A stretch of DNA of 64,000 nucleotides from Escherichia coli (lineage in GTDB: Bacteria > Pseudomonadota > Gammaproteobacteria > Enterobacterales > Enterobacteriaceae): assembly GCF_030384885.1 (NCBI RefSeq), contig NZ_CP128613.1; one strand, written 5' to 3'. Of this stretch, positions 21,923 to 32,224 are shown piece after piece (the stretch's first letter is position 1; each line of letters begins with the position of its first letter). Both the position numbers and the translations under genes were made by a program. A model generated the notes under the pieces. It was not told the DNA's origin, ran no database searches, and saw only the letters and a list, made by a program, of their open reading frames with translations.

Positions 21923-22047
21923 TCAGGGCACAGTTGCGAAAATTGAATACCGTATGGACTAATGTGAGAAAATTCCGAGGTATGACTGTTTTGATATAGT
22001 GGACAATCAAGCGTCTCGAATTAACAATGAATTTCAGGTGCCAAGCC

Positions 22048-22683
22048 TTACAATTTGTAGCATGACGGATATAGGACAACATTAGGAAATCGGACAGAAA
22101 ATTCATTATAATAAAATGACAACTTATCTCTTTCTCTCACGTTCTGTGAAATTTCACAAAAGTATAAACTGAGCCAATATGCCTTTATATATAAAAAATA
22201 CTCATGTTTATTATTATCGGAAAAAGCCAAGATTTGATTAAGGCCATCAAAAATATCTTTCTCATGATCTATATGTACTCTTGATGATTTTACAATATCT
22301 TTTAATTCGCGGTAAATCTTATTAAATAGCGCAACCGATTCACTGTTATTGAATCCATAGTTGATAAAAAGACATGATTTAACATCCGATATTAGTAAGT
22401 CGTCATAATCTATCTCAATTCCACACAATTTCACGATATACTCAGCTATAGTATTACTTTGCAAGGACTCAACAACTGACAGTAAAACAGATGGATGCAA
22501 TAATATTTCAAGAAGACTTCTGTCGATATTTTTATACACATTTATTGCAAATTCATCACTCGTCCCATCGATGATGTCAGATATTAAAAAAAATACATAC
22601 TCGGGGAGTTCATACCACATATTAATTTTAATAATATCACGACACATATCTTCTAACTGTTGTAATCTATTACCTTTATTCAT
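22048..22683 (-). CDS. Hypothetical protein, 211 aa, AT-rich, no recognisable domain
   Basis: Clean ORF directly downstream of, and co-oriented with, the ISAs1 transposase; acidic soluble protein; occupies the position where K-12 has pptA (from memory). Confidence 0.55.
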   Translation of the reverse strand: MNKGNRLQQLEDMCRDIIKINMWYELPEYVFFLISDIIDGTSDEFAINVYKNIDRSLLEILLHPSVLLSVVESLQSNTIAEYIVKLCGIEIDYDDLLISDVKSCLFINYGFNNSESVALFNKIYRELKDIVKSSRVHIDHEKDIFDGLNQILAFSDNNKHEYFLYIKAYWLSLYFCEISQNVRERDKLSFYYNEFSVRFPNVVLYPSCYKL

Positions 22684-22839
22684 AACAACCTTAATATTAT
22701 ATGGAATCTTTGGCGGAATCTTCTTACTCCGCGGAATTTTACTAAAGCTTTGTTAGATAAAATATGCGTATCACTGACAGCATGTTATTAATTCACTCTG
22801 GTGTTATTTGACAAAAATACCCCCTCCTGTTTTCACCTC

Positions 22840-24135
22840 TTTGTATTTATGATAATTAAGGGGGGGTGCTAATTTAATATAAACACCCAGGGCAAGATTA
22901 CGAAAGCCCGCTCCCCGCAAGGACTGACGCCAGGTAGTTTCTGTCCATGGCTGCTTTTCGCATCTTACGCCTTAACCCTGCCCTGGATACCTTATCATTC
23001 GTCAAAATATTAATAGCAATGTGCCGTATCCCTGAAAATAATTCTGCTGCGTTTCCTCTTCTTATTTTGCTGTCGTCTTCATTCATTACCACGTCCAGAC
23101 GCCAGTGCAGCTTATTCTCCATGTGCCAGTGGTTTCGGATTGCTGTGGCGAACTTCTCTGCGGTTAAATCAGCAGAACTGATATAATATCTGACCGTCAT
23201 TTCTGGCTCTTTCTTTTGTTCTGCTATTATTGACCGAAAGGAGACTGCCACGCATAATTTCTTCAGACCTTTCCATTCAAACGTGAAATCAATAAGTTCA
23301 TCAGGGACATCGCAAACAATGTGAAGACGGATTTCTTCTCTGCCGTGACTCTTTTCACTCATTGCGTAACTGTCATGCTCTGGATTATTTAATTCTTTCA
23401 GCGGAAATTTTTCCTCGAAGGCTTTATTTAGCCGCCCCTGGTTTCCTTTTACAGCGAATAAATAATCACCTCCCTGTTTTTGTATCTTCTCTGCAATATC
23501 TTTCTGGCAACCCATCGCATCAGTTGTGATGATTTTTTCTTTAATATCCAGCATGTTAAGAAGTTCTGGGATAGCAGTAATCTCATTGGATTTCTCATCC
23601 GTCTTGATCTGTCCGATGACCAGACTGTGCATTGTTGAGAACGCACTAATGACATGAATCGCTCCCCTGCGGCGACTCTTGTCATAAGAGTGCCGGAGCG
23701 TTTTTCCATCAATTGCAATGACGCCTTTATCATCTGAAGAATGGCAGTCACGCATCCAGTTAATAAAGCACTCGTGAAATTTTGCAGGACTGATACAGGA
23801 TACAACTCTGGCAATCGTATCGTGAACAGGAATACCATTTTCAAAATCACCATATTGCTTCAAAAAATCGAGATGTGTTTCCCAAAAATCCTCTATATCT
23901 TCCCAACCTTCTGCACCCGAAATAACGGCGCAAATAGTCAACAGTAGAATATCCGATAATTTATGCTCCACTTTCCAGGCTTGTCTGTAATCGGGGATAA
24001 TAGAAATATGTTCCATCAATTTTTTAAGTACCATTTTGTTCTCCTTAATTATGTAAGGAGTATTTGATCATGTATAAGCAATAAAAAACAGCTTCAGGTA
24101 ATGAGGAATATCTCAATTTTTAAACATAAAATGCG
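22840..24135 (-). mobile_element. ISAs1-family insertion sequence (H-repeat element); ends approximate
   Basis: Contains the 378-aa H-repeat transposase; element ends not mapped. Confidence 0.45.
22898..24034 (-). CDS. ISAs1-family (H-repeat-associated) transposase, 378 aa
   Basis: Characteristic sequence [32 protein letters not shown]...[20 protein letters not shown]. Confidence 0.85.
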   Translation of the reverse strand: MVLKKLMEHISIIPDYRQAWKVEHKLSDILLLTICAVISGAEGWEDIEDFWETHLDFLKQYGDFENGIPVHDTIARVVSCISPAKFHECFINWMRDCHSSDDKGVIAIDGKTLRHSYDKSRRRGAIHVISAFSTMHSLVIGQIKTDEKSNEITAIPELLNMLDIKEKIITTDAMGCQKDIAEKIQKQGGDYLFAVKGNQGRLNKAFEEKFPLKELNNPEHDSYAMSEKSHGREEIRLHIVCDVPDELIDFTFEWKGLKKLCVAVSFRSIIAEQKKEPEMTVRYYISSADLTAEKFATAIRNHWHMENKLHWRLDVVMNEDDSKIRRGNAAELFSGIRHIAINILTNDKVSRAGLRRKMRKAAMDRNYLASVLAGSGLS

Positions 24136-24203
24136 AATTGTTTAGTACAAAAAAGCAGCGTTAAGTGAGTAGGCCACCGGAACCTCCCCGACAGCCTCTC
24201 GCA

Positions 24204-24237
24204 GAACCGTACGTGAAACTCTCGCTTCATACGGCTC
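24204..24237 (-). other. Group II intron domain V (catalytic hairpin)
   Basis: GAGCCGUAUGAAGCGAGAGUUUCACGUACGGUUC: 10-bp stem GAGCCGUAUG/CGUACGGUUC with G-U pairs and the AGC triad. Confidence 0.8.
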
Positions 24238-24240
24238 CCG

Positions 24241-25758
24241 TCAGGCAAACGCGCTTCCTGGTCCTGCTTTCCAGTGGGCAAACAACTCCGGCTTCTCTTT
24301 TGACAGCCTTTCCATTAGCTGACACGCCTTCGTCTTTCTATACCGCAGGGTTTTATATTTCTTTCTCGCCCACGCAATCAGCGTCAGATTAATATATCTG
24401 CATACTTTCTTCATCGCTGATTTGTGGTATCTCGCGTAATAATTCAGCCACCCCGATATTATCGGATTCAGCCACTTCGCAATATCTTCGAGACTCATCT
24501 CCACCCTGCGTCTGATCCACAGTTTCCTGAGTTTTCCAATCATGCCTTTCTGCGCAAGGTTACTCGCCGCCGGGCTGAAACTCGTAAAGAGGTTTCCCCG
24601 CCGGTGGTTGCGTGCTCTTCGCGCTCTGAACGTATACCCCAGAAAATCAAACTGCACTGTTTCATGGTTCGCCTGTCGTTCGCTGTCTTTGCAGTAAACT
24701 ATTTTCGTTTTCTCCGGATGTAATTCCAGTCCACATTCCTGAAAACGTTTTGCCAGCTTATTCAGTAATTCCTCTGCCTGTTGTTTACTGCCACAATGAA
24801 TTAATCCATCATCTGCATAACGGCACCAGGGAATTTCCGGATAATGTAACGTCAGCCATTTATCAAACACATAGTGCAGAAATAAATTCGCCAGTACCGG
24901 GCTGATGACTCCACCCTGTGGCGTACCTTTATTTCTTTCCTTCAGTGTTCCATCCGGCATCTGCACCGGCGCTGTCAGCCACCGGCGAATAGACAGTCTT
25001 ACCCATTTATCCGCACAATGTTTATCTACTGCCCTGAGTAATAAATCGTGGGGGATATTATCGAATAACCCTTTAATATCAAACTCAAGACACCAGTCGT
25101 ATTGCCAGCAACGTTTTCTGGTGACTGCTATTGCATCCAGCGCTGATTTTCCATGCCGGTATCCGTATGAATCATTCAGGAAATAACGCTCCACTAATGG
25201 TTCAAACGTTACCAGCACCGTCATCTGCGCTATTCGATCGCTTACTGTCGGTATTCCTAAAAGTCTTTTGCTGCCATCCTTCTTCGGAATTTCCACCGCA
25301 CGCACTGGCGGCGGCATCCAGCTTCCCGACGATAACCTGTTCCAGATTTTGTACAGATTTCCTTTCAGATCCCGCTCAAAATCTTTCAGCGTCTGGTTAT
25401 CCACTCCGGCAGCTCCGGCATTCGCCTTTATCCGCCGGTACGCTTCCACCACATGCAATTTACTGACCTGAAACGGTTTTGTCTGTTCACACACAGCCTC
25501 CTCCTGCCTACAGTTGGGCTGTGATGCAGACTGCCCGACGCTGTCCCTTCGCTCCACGTTCATTACAAACGCTTCCTCACTACTACGAACAGCTCTGCCC
25601 CGGTTTCGCACATCGATACTCTCATACTCATAATTTCGGTTATTTGTATTTCTCTCTTGACATTGCGACGACCGGTTCCCGTAGTTCCTGCAAAGAGCCC
25701 GATACAGCGTCATGCCTGCTATACACCGGACACCATTCACGCAGCATTCGGAATTCAC
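24241..25758 (-). CDS. Group II intron reverse transcriptase/maturase (no obvious endonuclease domain); true start probably internal
   Basis: RT motifs including KANAGAAGVDNQTL, GTPQGGVISPVLANLFL and the YADD box (CRYADDGLIHC), then maturase X (PIISGWLNYYARY); no HNH Cys/His pattern at the C-terminus. Confidence 0.8.
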   Translation of the reverse strand: MNSECCVNGVRCIAGMTLYRALCRNYGNRSSQCQERNTNNRNYEYESIDVRNRGRAVRSSEEAFVMNVERRDSVGQSASQPNCRQEEAVCEQTKPFQVSKLHVVEAYRRIKANAGAAGVDNQTLKDFERDLKGNLYKIWNRLSSGSWMPPPVRAVEIPKKDGSKRLLGIPTVSDRIAQMTVLVTFEPLVERYFLNDSYGYRHGKSALDAIAVTRKRCWQYDWCLEFDIKGLFDNIPHDLLLRAVDKHCADKWVRLSIRRWLTAPVQMPDGTLKERNKGTPQGGVISPVLANLFLHYVFDKWLTLHYPEIPWCRYADDGLIHCGSKQQAEELLNKLAKRFQECGLELHPEKTKIVYCKDSERQANHETVQFDFLGYTFRARRARNHRRGNLFTSFSPAASNLAQKGMIGKLRKLWIRRRVEMSLEDIAKWLNPIISGWLNYYARYHKSAMKKVCRYINLTLIAWARKKYKTLRYRKTKACQLMERLSKEKPELFAHWKAGPGSAFA

Positions 25759-26050
25759 CCGTAAATTAATCCCGGCGGTATCATGAAACCTCCGGTTTTG
25801 ATGTCACTTAGGACTAACGACGTTTCAACACAGGTTCGGGTTTACTCATCTCACTGTATCTCACATAGGATCAGATCTCGTCTGATCGTTCCCCCTGCGC
25901 TCACTACCATGGCTCTTTACCACAGCAGCCGGGGTTGTTTGGGACCGACTTCCGACAGCAGATCCCGGTGGGCCTGCCACCATCTCTTCACAAGCTTATG
26001 CTTATTACATGCAAAACGTCCCGTTTTGCATCTTTGTGCCTACGGCACAC

Positions 26051-26129
26051 CGTGATCTTTCCCTGGTCCCTGTCCCGGATTGTAGTACCGGTGCCAGTTG
26101 TAGTGCAGTTCGGATTCGTCGTCATACTG
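26051..26129 (-). pseudogene. Short Rhs core-end remnant (QYDDESELHYNWHRYYNPGQG...), intron inserted at its 3' end
   Basis: Nucleotide and protein similarity to the intact core end at 27150-27230 ([21 protein letters not shown]); preceded by an in-frame stop. Confidence 0.5.
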
Positions 26130-26201
26130 CTAGCCCGGATGGCGGAGCAGTTGCTCTAGTCACTCAGAATATTGTAATAGTGATAGAGTGCAGTGCCGGT
26201 T

Positions 26202-26600
26202 TCAATATCCTAACGCTGGTCTTTTGCCTGTATTAACTGATTTAGCTGGTTTGCTACATATTAATGCCTTCAGATTTTCCCTTTCCTTGTCTGTGATACT
26301 GTCGCAAACCCTACTAGCCCATTCTACTTCACTCTTCTCCAGGCATTCTATTTTCTTATTGCTCATTGTTCTAATGTTTGGTGTTGCATCTCCATTTAAT
26401 AACATCCATGTTTCATTTTTCTTCATAAAACATCTTCCATTATGTTCAAAGATATTAGGTGTGAATATATTATCAGAATCCCATGTTACGACTTGCTCGA
26501 GGGCTATATTATCTTGATAGTCCATGCCAGCATTATAATAATCACAAGATATAATTATCATGGAAATAATTATCACTAATATCTTCCCAAGCATTTCCAT
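26202..26600 (-). CDS. Putative Rhs immunity protein, lipoprotein-like, 132 aa
   Basis: ATG directly abuts the Rhs stop (TAAATG); N-terminal signal with lipobox-like IIISC; AT-rich; the corresponding K-12 gene would be ydcD. Confidence 0.6.
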   Translation of the reverse strand: MEMLGKILVIIISMIIISCDYYNAGMDYQDNIALEQVVTWDSDNIFTPNIFEHNGRCFMKKNETWMLLNGDATPNIRTMSNKKIECLEKSEVEWASRVCDSITDKERENLKALICSKPAKSVNTGKRPALGY

Positions 26601-28314
26601 TTACTTTACCTCTTGAAATTCAAATGGGAATCCAGTGAAAGGACCTTTAGGCATAATATATCTTTGATATCCATAAAGCTCACCGAGCACTTGTAGGCTT
26701 ATAGGCGCATTTGTATTCATAGAGGGGTTGTTAAACCCGCACGCCTCAAAAATCATGTTCGTTCGGCTAAAACAATTATTTAAAACAGGAAGAGGCCCGA
26801 GGTTAATAGTTTTTAGTTTTTTATTAAGGTCTATTGCCTTATTCATCATACATTGTTCTTCTTCATCTGTTGTATCTATTATCCAAATCCAGGTATCTCT
26901 GCGGGGTTGCATCTTTTTAAAATAATCAGAGACAGAGGCTCCCATCTCATCCCCAGTTCCCGAACTCATTAATCCATATCGATTTGCCGCCGCAGCATGC
27001 CCAAAAGGATTATCAGGAACGGGGCCGTTACCTATTATCATAGTACTAAGCCCTAATGGATCAACGTGTTGCACTGGATTCAGCGGATATTGGTACAGAT
27101 TCCATCCCCCCTTCAGCCCAATCGGGTCCTGGATGATATACCTCCCCTGCAACGGATCGTAGTACCGGTTCCGGTTATAGTACAGCCCTGATTCCTCATC
27201 ATGCTGCTGCCCCGGCAGACGGTATGGCTGGTGCAGGTGATGCGGATTCTCCTCATTCAGCAGGTTGCCCCATTCATCATATTCCGCGCTCCACACCGTT
27301 TTGCCGTCTTCGCTGATGAGCGCCAGCGGCAGGCCCCGGTGGTCGCAGTGGTAAAGATGAACTTTTCGCGCCGGTGTGTATTCCGGCTCCACCTGTCTGG
27401 CCAGTTGCTCCACCGTCAGCCCGCACTGCGCAAGCCACGCCCGGCTTTCACTGCTCACGCGGTCTGCCCGGATTTCTTCCTCCAGTCTGTCCAGCAGCCG
27501 CACCAGTTCAGCCGGAAATACCACACCATGACCGTCCTCGCTCCCTTCCTGCTGTAACTTCTCCGCCAGGCTCCGGCGCTGCGCTTTCTCCAGTTCGGTC
27601 ACGTCTGTTTCGATGCGGATGAGCGGTGTGAAGCTTCCCGGCTCGTATACCGTCTGGATACGCGTGGTGTCGGTCTGTACCGTCGCCAGCCTGTCGCCGT
27701 CCCACCCGTACCACGTTACCTCCGGTTTACGCGACAGCGACATCCACCCCGTCAGGTCACGTACCCGCCGCCACACCCGTTTCCCCGTCCGGCGGCCCAG
27801 CGGGTCGTAGAGGTAGCGGCTCTCGACCAGTGGCTCGCCATGCTGTATCCGCGTGTAGAACACCAGGCGGTGCTGGCTGTCGTAGTGGTAGTGGTGGGTC
27901 CGCTCGTCGTCCGTCCGTATCACACCCGCCGGGATGCGGTCCGTCTTCTCCGTCAGCCTGCCGTATTCATCGTGGCGGTACCAGTGCATCATCGCGTATC
28001 TGTAAGCGGATATCAGAAGGCGCTTTCCAGCCGGGGCCAAAAATCCCCACAGGCGCAGGCGTCTTCGTCCGGTAGCTGCTGTAGGTGCGGGAGAGAATGA
28101 ACGGCAGCGGGCCGGGCAGCGCAAGGTCCGTCTCGCCGGGCAGCACCTTCGCCCCCAGCAGCGGATTTACCGGGTTGCCCGAAGTCATCCCGCCCGGACA
28201 CACCGAGCACGCCACGCCGGTGGGCGCGCCAATTCTTACACCTGCCGAACCCTGGACAATGGGACCGCCATACTGAGTCATATCTCCCTGACGCGCCGCT
28301 GGTTTTCCGCTCAT
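26601..28314 (-). pseudogene. rhsE: Rhs element E core gene, internally deleted/frameshifted: PAAR N-terminus joined out of frame to the 3' core plus C-terminal toxin tip
   Basis: ORF 27967-28314 encodes the Rhs N-terminus MSGKPAARQGDMTQYGGPIVQGSAGVRIGAPTGVACSVCPGG; ORF 26601-28124, in another frame, encodes the core end through DPIGL/DPLGL and a ~150-aa tip. Confidence 0.75.
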
Positions 28315-28380
28315 GATTCAATTCCTTCTTCTGTTTATTTTTAATGCTTGTTTGTTACTGAATACCGAACAGGTACGGGA

Positions 28381-29013
28381 TCAGTACTCTCTCATATCCG
28401 GCGTATCCTGCTTTTCATCAGGGGTCTTCGGTGGGGATTTCGAGGCTGCACAGTTCCAGTTAATCAACAGTGAGTCACCATTAACCTGCTCCTTACCCTG
28501 CAAATGAATTTTTGTGCCGTTGAGAAAAATTTGTCCGTCCTTAGTCAGCACCAGCCTTGCCTTACCACAGCAGAGTTCCAGATGCTCACCGGCGGAGTAA
28601 ATCGCGGTCTGCCCGGTATCATCCTTTTTCGTTTTACCAACGGTGAAGGTAACGTTATTTCCGACTTTGACGTCATAACCCAGCCCGACCATCAACGACT
28701 TATGCAAACCGATCTGCGAGGACTGCATCAGGGCCACCGAGGTGTTCATAATGCCACCTACCGTCGTCTGATACGCCACGCCCACGGTCAGCGCACGAAC
28801 AAGTCCAATCGTTTCCACCTGAACAGAGCCCACTTTAATGATCTGGTTACTGCCCACCGTCTCTATCTGGTTAACACCCACCGTCTGTATCTGATTGTTG
28901 GTAACCGCAATCATCTGATTGTTGCCGATGGTCTCAGCATGGTTGTTTATCACATCCGTGGTGCGGTTATTCAGCACCTCGGTACCGCCCCACCCTGATA
29001 ACATGATCTGCAC
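28381..29013 (-). pseudogene. VgrG C-terminal fragment (gp5-like beta-helix repeats), 5'-truncated
   Basis: 8-residue periodic repeats (NQMIAVTNNQIQTVGVNQIETVGSNQIIKVGSVQVETIG); no N-terminal VgrG domains upstream. Confidence 0.55.
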
Positions 29014-29438
29014 ATTGCCATCTTAACGTCGTTAAACACTGGCTTAATAGTGGATATTTCAAATTAGGAATTTATTAAATTCACCTGATGAATATCATAA
29101 GCAAATAGCATAGAAAATAATGACAACTCCCCCGAGGGGACCATTTCCAAAGCACTGCACCACCACCTGGTGCCCGGATGATCTTGCTTCAGTGGTAAGA
29201 GTACCTGATTCATTGTTCCCAAAATGGTGTTTTCCCCTGCCCCTGCAATAACGTGCAGCTCTCACGTGATAATCTATTGATTAGGTTATATTAAGAATCA
29301 ATATTTGAAATACATCCATTTTCTTGAATAAATCAACATATTTATTTATCAATTGCTGTTTTAGCTCTGACTCATCAAACTCTCCATATTTTTCCTACAG
29401 ATAATCGCGAATAAATACAGAGAACGCCATTTATCCTT

Positions 29439-29651
29439 TTAGCATACCTGCCGGATATTTTTATTTGTATTAATATTAATTGCATCTCCAACTCCGAGCA
29501 TATCCATCATTAAAGACATTTTGAGATTATAGAATGCCTGTGATAACAACTGAAACATCTGCACAATGTGAATAGTTAGTTTCTTTTCAGAGGAAATGAA
29601 ATAGACAAGCTGAATGAAAGAGAGAGTGATATAAATTAAAAAACATAACAT
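29439..29651 (-). CDS. Small hypothetical protein, 70 aa, AT-rich (position of K-12 yncH)
   Basis: 70-aa ORF in the yncG-rhsE interval; no motif recognised. Confidence 0.35.
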   Translation of the reverse strand: MLCFLIYITLSFIQLVYFISSEKKLTIHIVQMFQLLSQAFYNLKMSLMMDMLGVGDAININTNKNIRQVC

Positions 29652-29726
29652 GAATCTAATTAATTACGTCCATCATTGTGGATAAAGTTACTGAATAATA
29701 AATAACATAATCTTCTGGTATCCCAC

Positions 29727-30344
29727 TCAAATAATTTCATTCCTTTTTAATACTTCTTGTAATTTCGGTATCTGACATACAGCATCAGCGATCGCACTGA
29801 TATTCGTGGCATTATCCTGAAACCATTCATGCCCAGGCCCCCATGTGCGCATAGTGCAAAGATAACAGTCCACCAGCGTTAGTTGCTCACCAAACGCATA
29901 AGGTTCAGCGGTCAATTGTGAATTCAGCCAGATATAAAGCGATTTACGATATTCAATAACATTCTTCTTTAACTGTTCGGGTGCGTCAGGAGCCCAACGC
30001 TCAGGGTAATCGGCGAAAGTGAATGTTGGATAGACATTAGCAACCAGCCAGACCAATAGCCGTTGAAACTGCTGACGTTCGGCGCGCCTAACCGGTGGCG
30101 CAAGGTCCGGGCGACGATCGAGAACCATCAATGCAATCGCCGCTGTCTCCGTCATAATCTCGTCATTTTCCAGCGCCAGTGTCGGAATCTGACACAACGG
30201 GTTGAGGGTTTTCAATAACTCGCGTGAAGTTCCCTCGTGGTCAAAACCACTGACATCAACGAACTGATAAGGAATATCAGCCAGTGATAGCATCAGCTCA
30301 CTGATTGTAGAGCCCCATCCGGGTACGCCATACACCTTAATCAT
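29727..30344 (-). CDS. yncG: Glutathione S-transferase homolog, 205 aa
   Basis: GST-like N-terminus MIKVYGVPGWGSTISELMLSLADIPYQFVDV and neighbourhood. Confidence 0.85.
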   Translation of the reverse strand: MIKVYGVPGWGSTISELMLSLADIPYQFVDVSGFDHEGTSRELLKTLNPLCQIPTLALENDEIMTETAAIALMVLDRRPDLAPPVRRAERQQFQRLLVWLVANVYPTFTFADYPERWAPDAPEQLKKNVIEYRKSLYIWLNSQLTAEPYAFGEQLTLVDCYLCTMRTWGPGHEWFQDNATNISAIADAVCQIPKLQEVLKRNEII

Positions 30345-30610
30345 ATGCCCCTCACAATCTTTTAAAGATTAAGTGTAGGACAGTACACAGGTTAACCAGC
30401 AAAAGGATTTGTCATTTTTTCGTCAGTTGTATTATTCCCCTTCAGGATTGTAAGGGGATGTTTTGCATCGTTTATCGATAACGGGTAGGATGCTGCGCCG
30501 ATAGTTTTATACCCATAAAGAATAATGGTGATAACTATCATCGCCAGGATGAATAAACATTGTTCATGGCAACTTATATGACTTTTTCATTCAAGCAATC
30601 AGGGAGAGCA

Positions 30611-32110
30611 ATGAGTAAACACGACACCGACACTTCAGATCAACACGCCGCGAAACGTCGCTGGCTTAATGCCCACGAAGAGGGTTATCACAAAGCGATG
30701 GGCAATCGCCAGGTACAGATGATCGCCATTGGCGGCGCGATTGGCACCGGCTTGTTTTTAGGTGCAGGAGCCCGACTGCAAATGGCGGGGCCAGCACTGG
30801 CACTGGTCTATTTAATCTGCGGCCTGTTTTCATTTTTTATTCTGCGTGCATTGGGTGAGCTGGTGCTACACCGCCCTTCCAGTGGCAGTTTTGTCTCTTA
30901 TGCCCGTGAGTTTTTAGGAGAGAAAGCCGCTTACGTTGCAGGCTGGATGTACTTCATTAACTGGGCGATGACGGGGATTGTCGATATCACCGCCGTCGCA
31001 CTGTATATGCATTACTGGGGCGCATTTGGTGGTGTACCGCAGTGGGTCTTTGCGCTCGCTGCGCTGACCATCGTTGGCACGATGAACATGATTGGTGTGA
31101 AATGGTTTGCGGAGATGGAGTTCTGGTTTGCGCTTATTAAAGTGCTCGCCATCGTGACCTTTTTGGTCGTGGGTACAGTGTTCCTCGGTAGCGGTCAGCC
31201 GCTAGATGGCAACACCACAGGATTTCATTTAATTACCGATAATGGCGGTTTCTTTCCCCACGGTTTACTGCCTGCGCTGGTGTTGATTCAGGGTGTAGTG
31301 TTTGCTTTTGCCTCCATTGAAATGGTTGGAACAGCTGCCGGAGAATGTAAAGATCCGCAGACCATGGTGCCTAAAGCGATTAACAGCGTGATTTGGCGGA
31401 TTGGCCTGTTTTACGTCGGCTCCGTAGTGTTGCTGGTTATGTTATTGCCGTGGAGCGCGTATCAGGCAGGGCAAAGTCCGTTCGTGACGTTCTTTTCCAA
31501 ACTGGGCGTGCCTTACATCGGCAGCATTATGAACATTGTGGTGCTGACTGCTGCCCTCTCCAGCCTGAACTCAGGTCTGTACTGCACCGGGCGTATTCTG
31601 CGCTCAATGGCGATGGGCGGCTCTGCACCAAGCTTCATGGCGAAAATGAGTCGTCAGCATGTGCCGTATGCCGGGATCCTGGCGACGCTGGTCGTTTATG
31701 TTGTTGGCGTATTCCTTAACTATCTGGTGCCGTCGCGCGTATTTGAGATTGTGTTGAACTTCGCATCTCTGGGAATTATCGCCTCGTGGGCGTTTATCAT
31801 TGTTTGCCAGATGCGTCTACGTAAAGCGATTAAAGAAGGCAAAGCAGCGGATGTCAGTTTTAAACTCCCAGGTGCGCCCTTTACGTCGTGGCTGACATTA
31901 CTGTTTTTACTGAGCGTCCTGGTGCTGATGGCGTTCGATTACCCGAACGGGACTTATACCATCGCTGCGCTGCCGATTATTGGCCTTCTGCTGGTTGTAG
32001 GTTGGTTTGGTGTGCGCAAACGCGTTGCAGAAATTCACAGCACTGCGCCAGTCATCGAGGAAGATGAAGAAAAACAGGAAATTGTGCTTAAGCCAGAGAC
32101 GGCGAGTTAA
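30611..32110 (+). CDS. ansP: L-asparagine permease (APC family), 499 aa
   Basis: Starts MSKHDTDTSDQHAAKRRWLNAHEEGYHKAM with SD agggagag; start trimmed from the longer ORF. Confidence 0.9.
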   Translation: MSKHDTDTSDQHAAKRRWLNAHEEGYHKAMGNRQVQMIAIGGAIGTGLFLGAGARLQMAGPALALVYLICGLFSFFILRALGELVLHRPSSGSFVSYAREFLGEKAAYVAGWMYFINWAMTGIVDITAVALYMHYWGAFGGVPQWVFALAALTIVGTMNMIGVKWFAEMEFWFALIKVLAIVTFLVVGTVFLGSGQPLDGNTTGFHLITDNGGFFPHGLLPALVLIQGVVFAFASIEMVGTAAGECKDPQTMVPKAINSVIWRIGLFYVGSVVLLVMLLPWSAYQAGQSPFVTFFSKLGVPYIGSIMNIVVLTAALSSLNSGLYCTGRILRSMAMGGSAPSFMAKMSRQHVPYAGILATLVVYVVGVFLNYLVPSRVFEIVLNFASLGIIASWAFIIVCQMRLRKAIKEGKAADVSFKLPGAPFTSWLTLLFLLSVLVLMAFDYPNGTYTIAALPIIGLLLVVGWFGVRKRVAEIHSTAPVIEEDEEKQEIVLKPETAS

Positions 32111-32118
32111 TTGCAAAA

Positions 32119-32146
32119 TTGCCCGGCTATGTGCCGGGCAAATTTA
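32119..32146 (+). terminator. Intrinsic terminator after ansP
   Basis: Stem ttgcccggc/gccgggcaa with loop tatgt, followed by a short T-run. Confidence 0.5.
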
Positions 32147-32224
32147 GATTACTGACGAAGGTGTGCCGCATGCGGCGTGATAAAAGTCAGGCAAGTCTCT
32201 CCGTTTTCACCCTCGCCATATCTA

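Larger units (their letters stand above)
24169..26050 (-). mobile_element. Bacterial group II intron, about 1.9 kb, with intron-encoded RT/maturase; boundaries approximate
   Basis: 5' end reads GUGUGCC (reverse complement of 26044-26050) right after an Rhs-like codon run; RT ORF in domain IV; canonical domain V 3 nt after the ORF stop; short domain VI-like hairpin before the presumed 3' end. Confidence 0.75.

Noticed and set aside
21657-22047. Search for pptA (tautomerase) between yddH and the IS element
   Set aside because: No frame encodes the expected N-terminal Pro tautomerase sequence; only the GNAT remnant was found.
22571-22756. 61-aa plus-strand ORF and 62-aa minus ORF (21918-22106) near the orphan 211-aa gene
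   Set aside because: Short, overlapping, no RBS or motifs; probably chance ORFs in AT-rich DNA.
27990-28124. First ~40 codons of the 507-aa Rhs ORF ([25 protein letters not shown]...)
   Set aside because: Out-of-frame read-through across the deletion junction, overlapping the genuine PAAR-like N-terminal ORF in another frame; not a real N-terminus.
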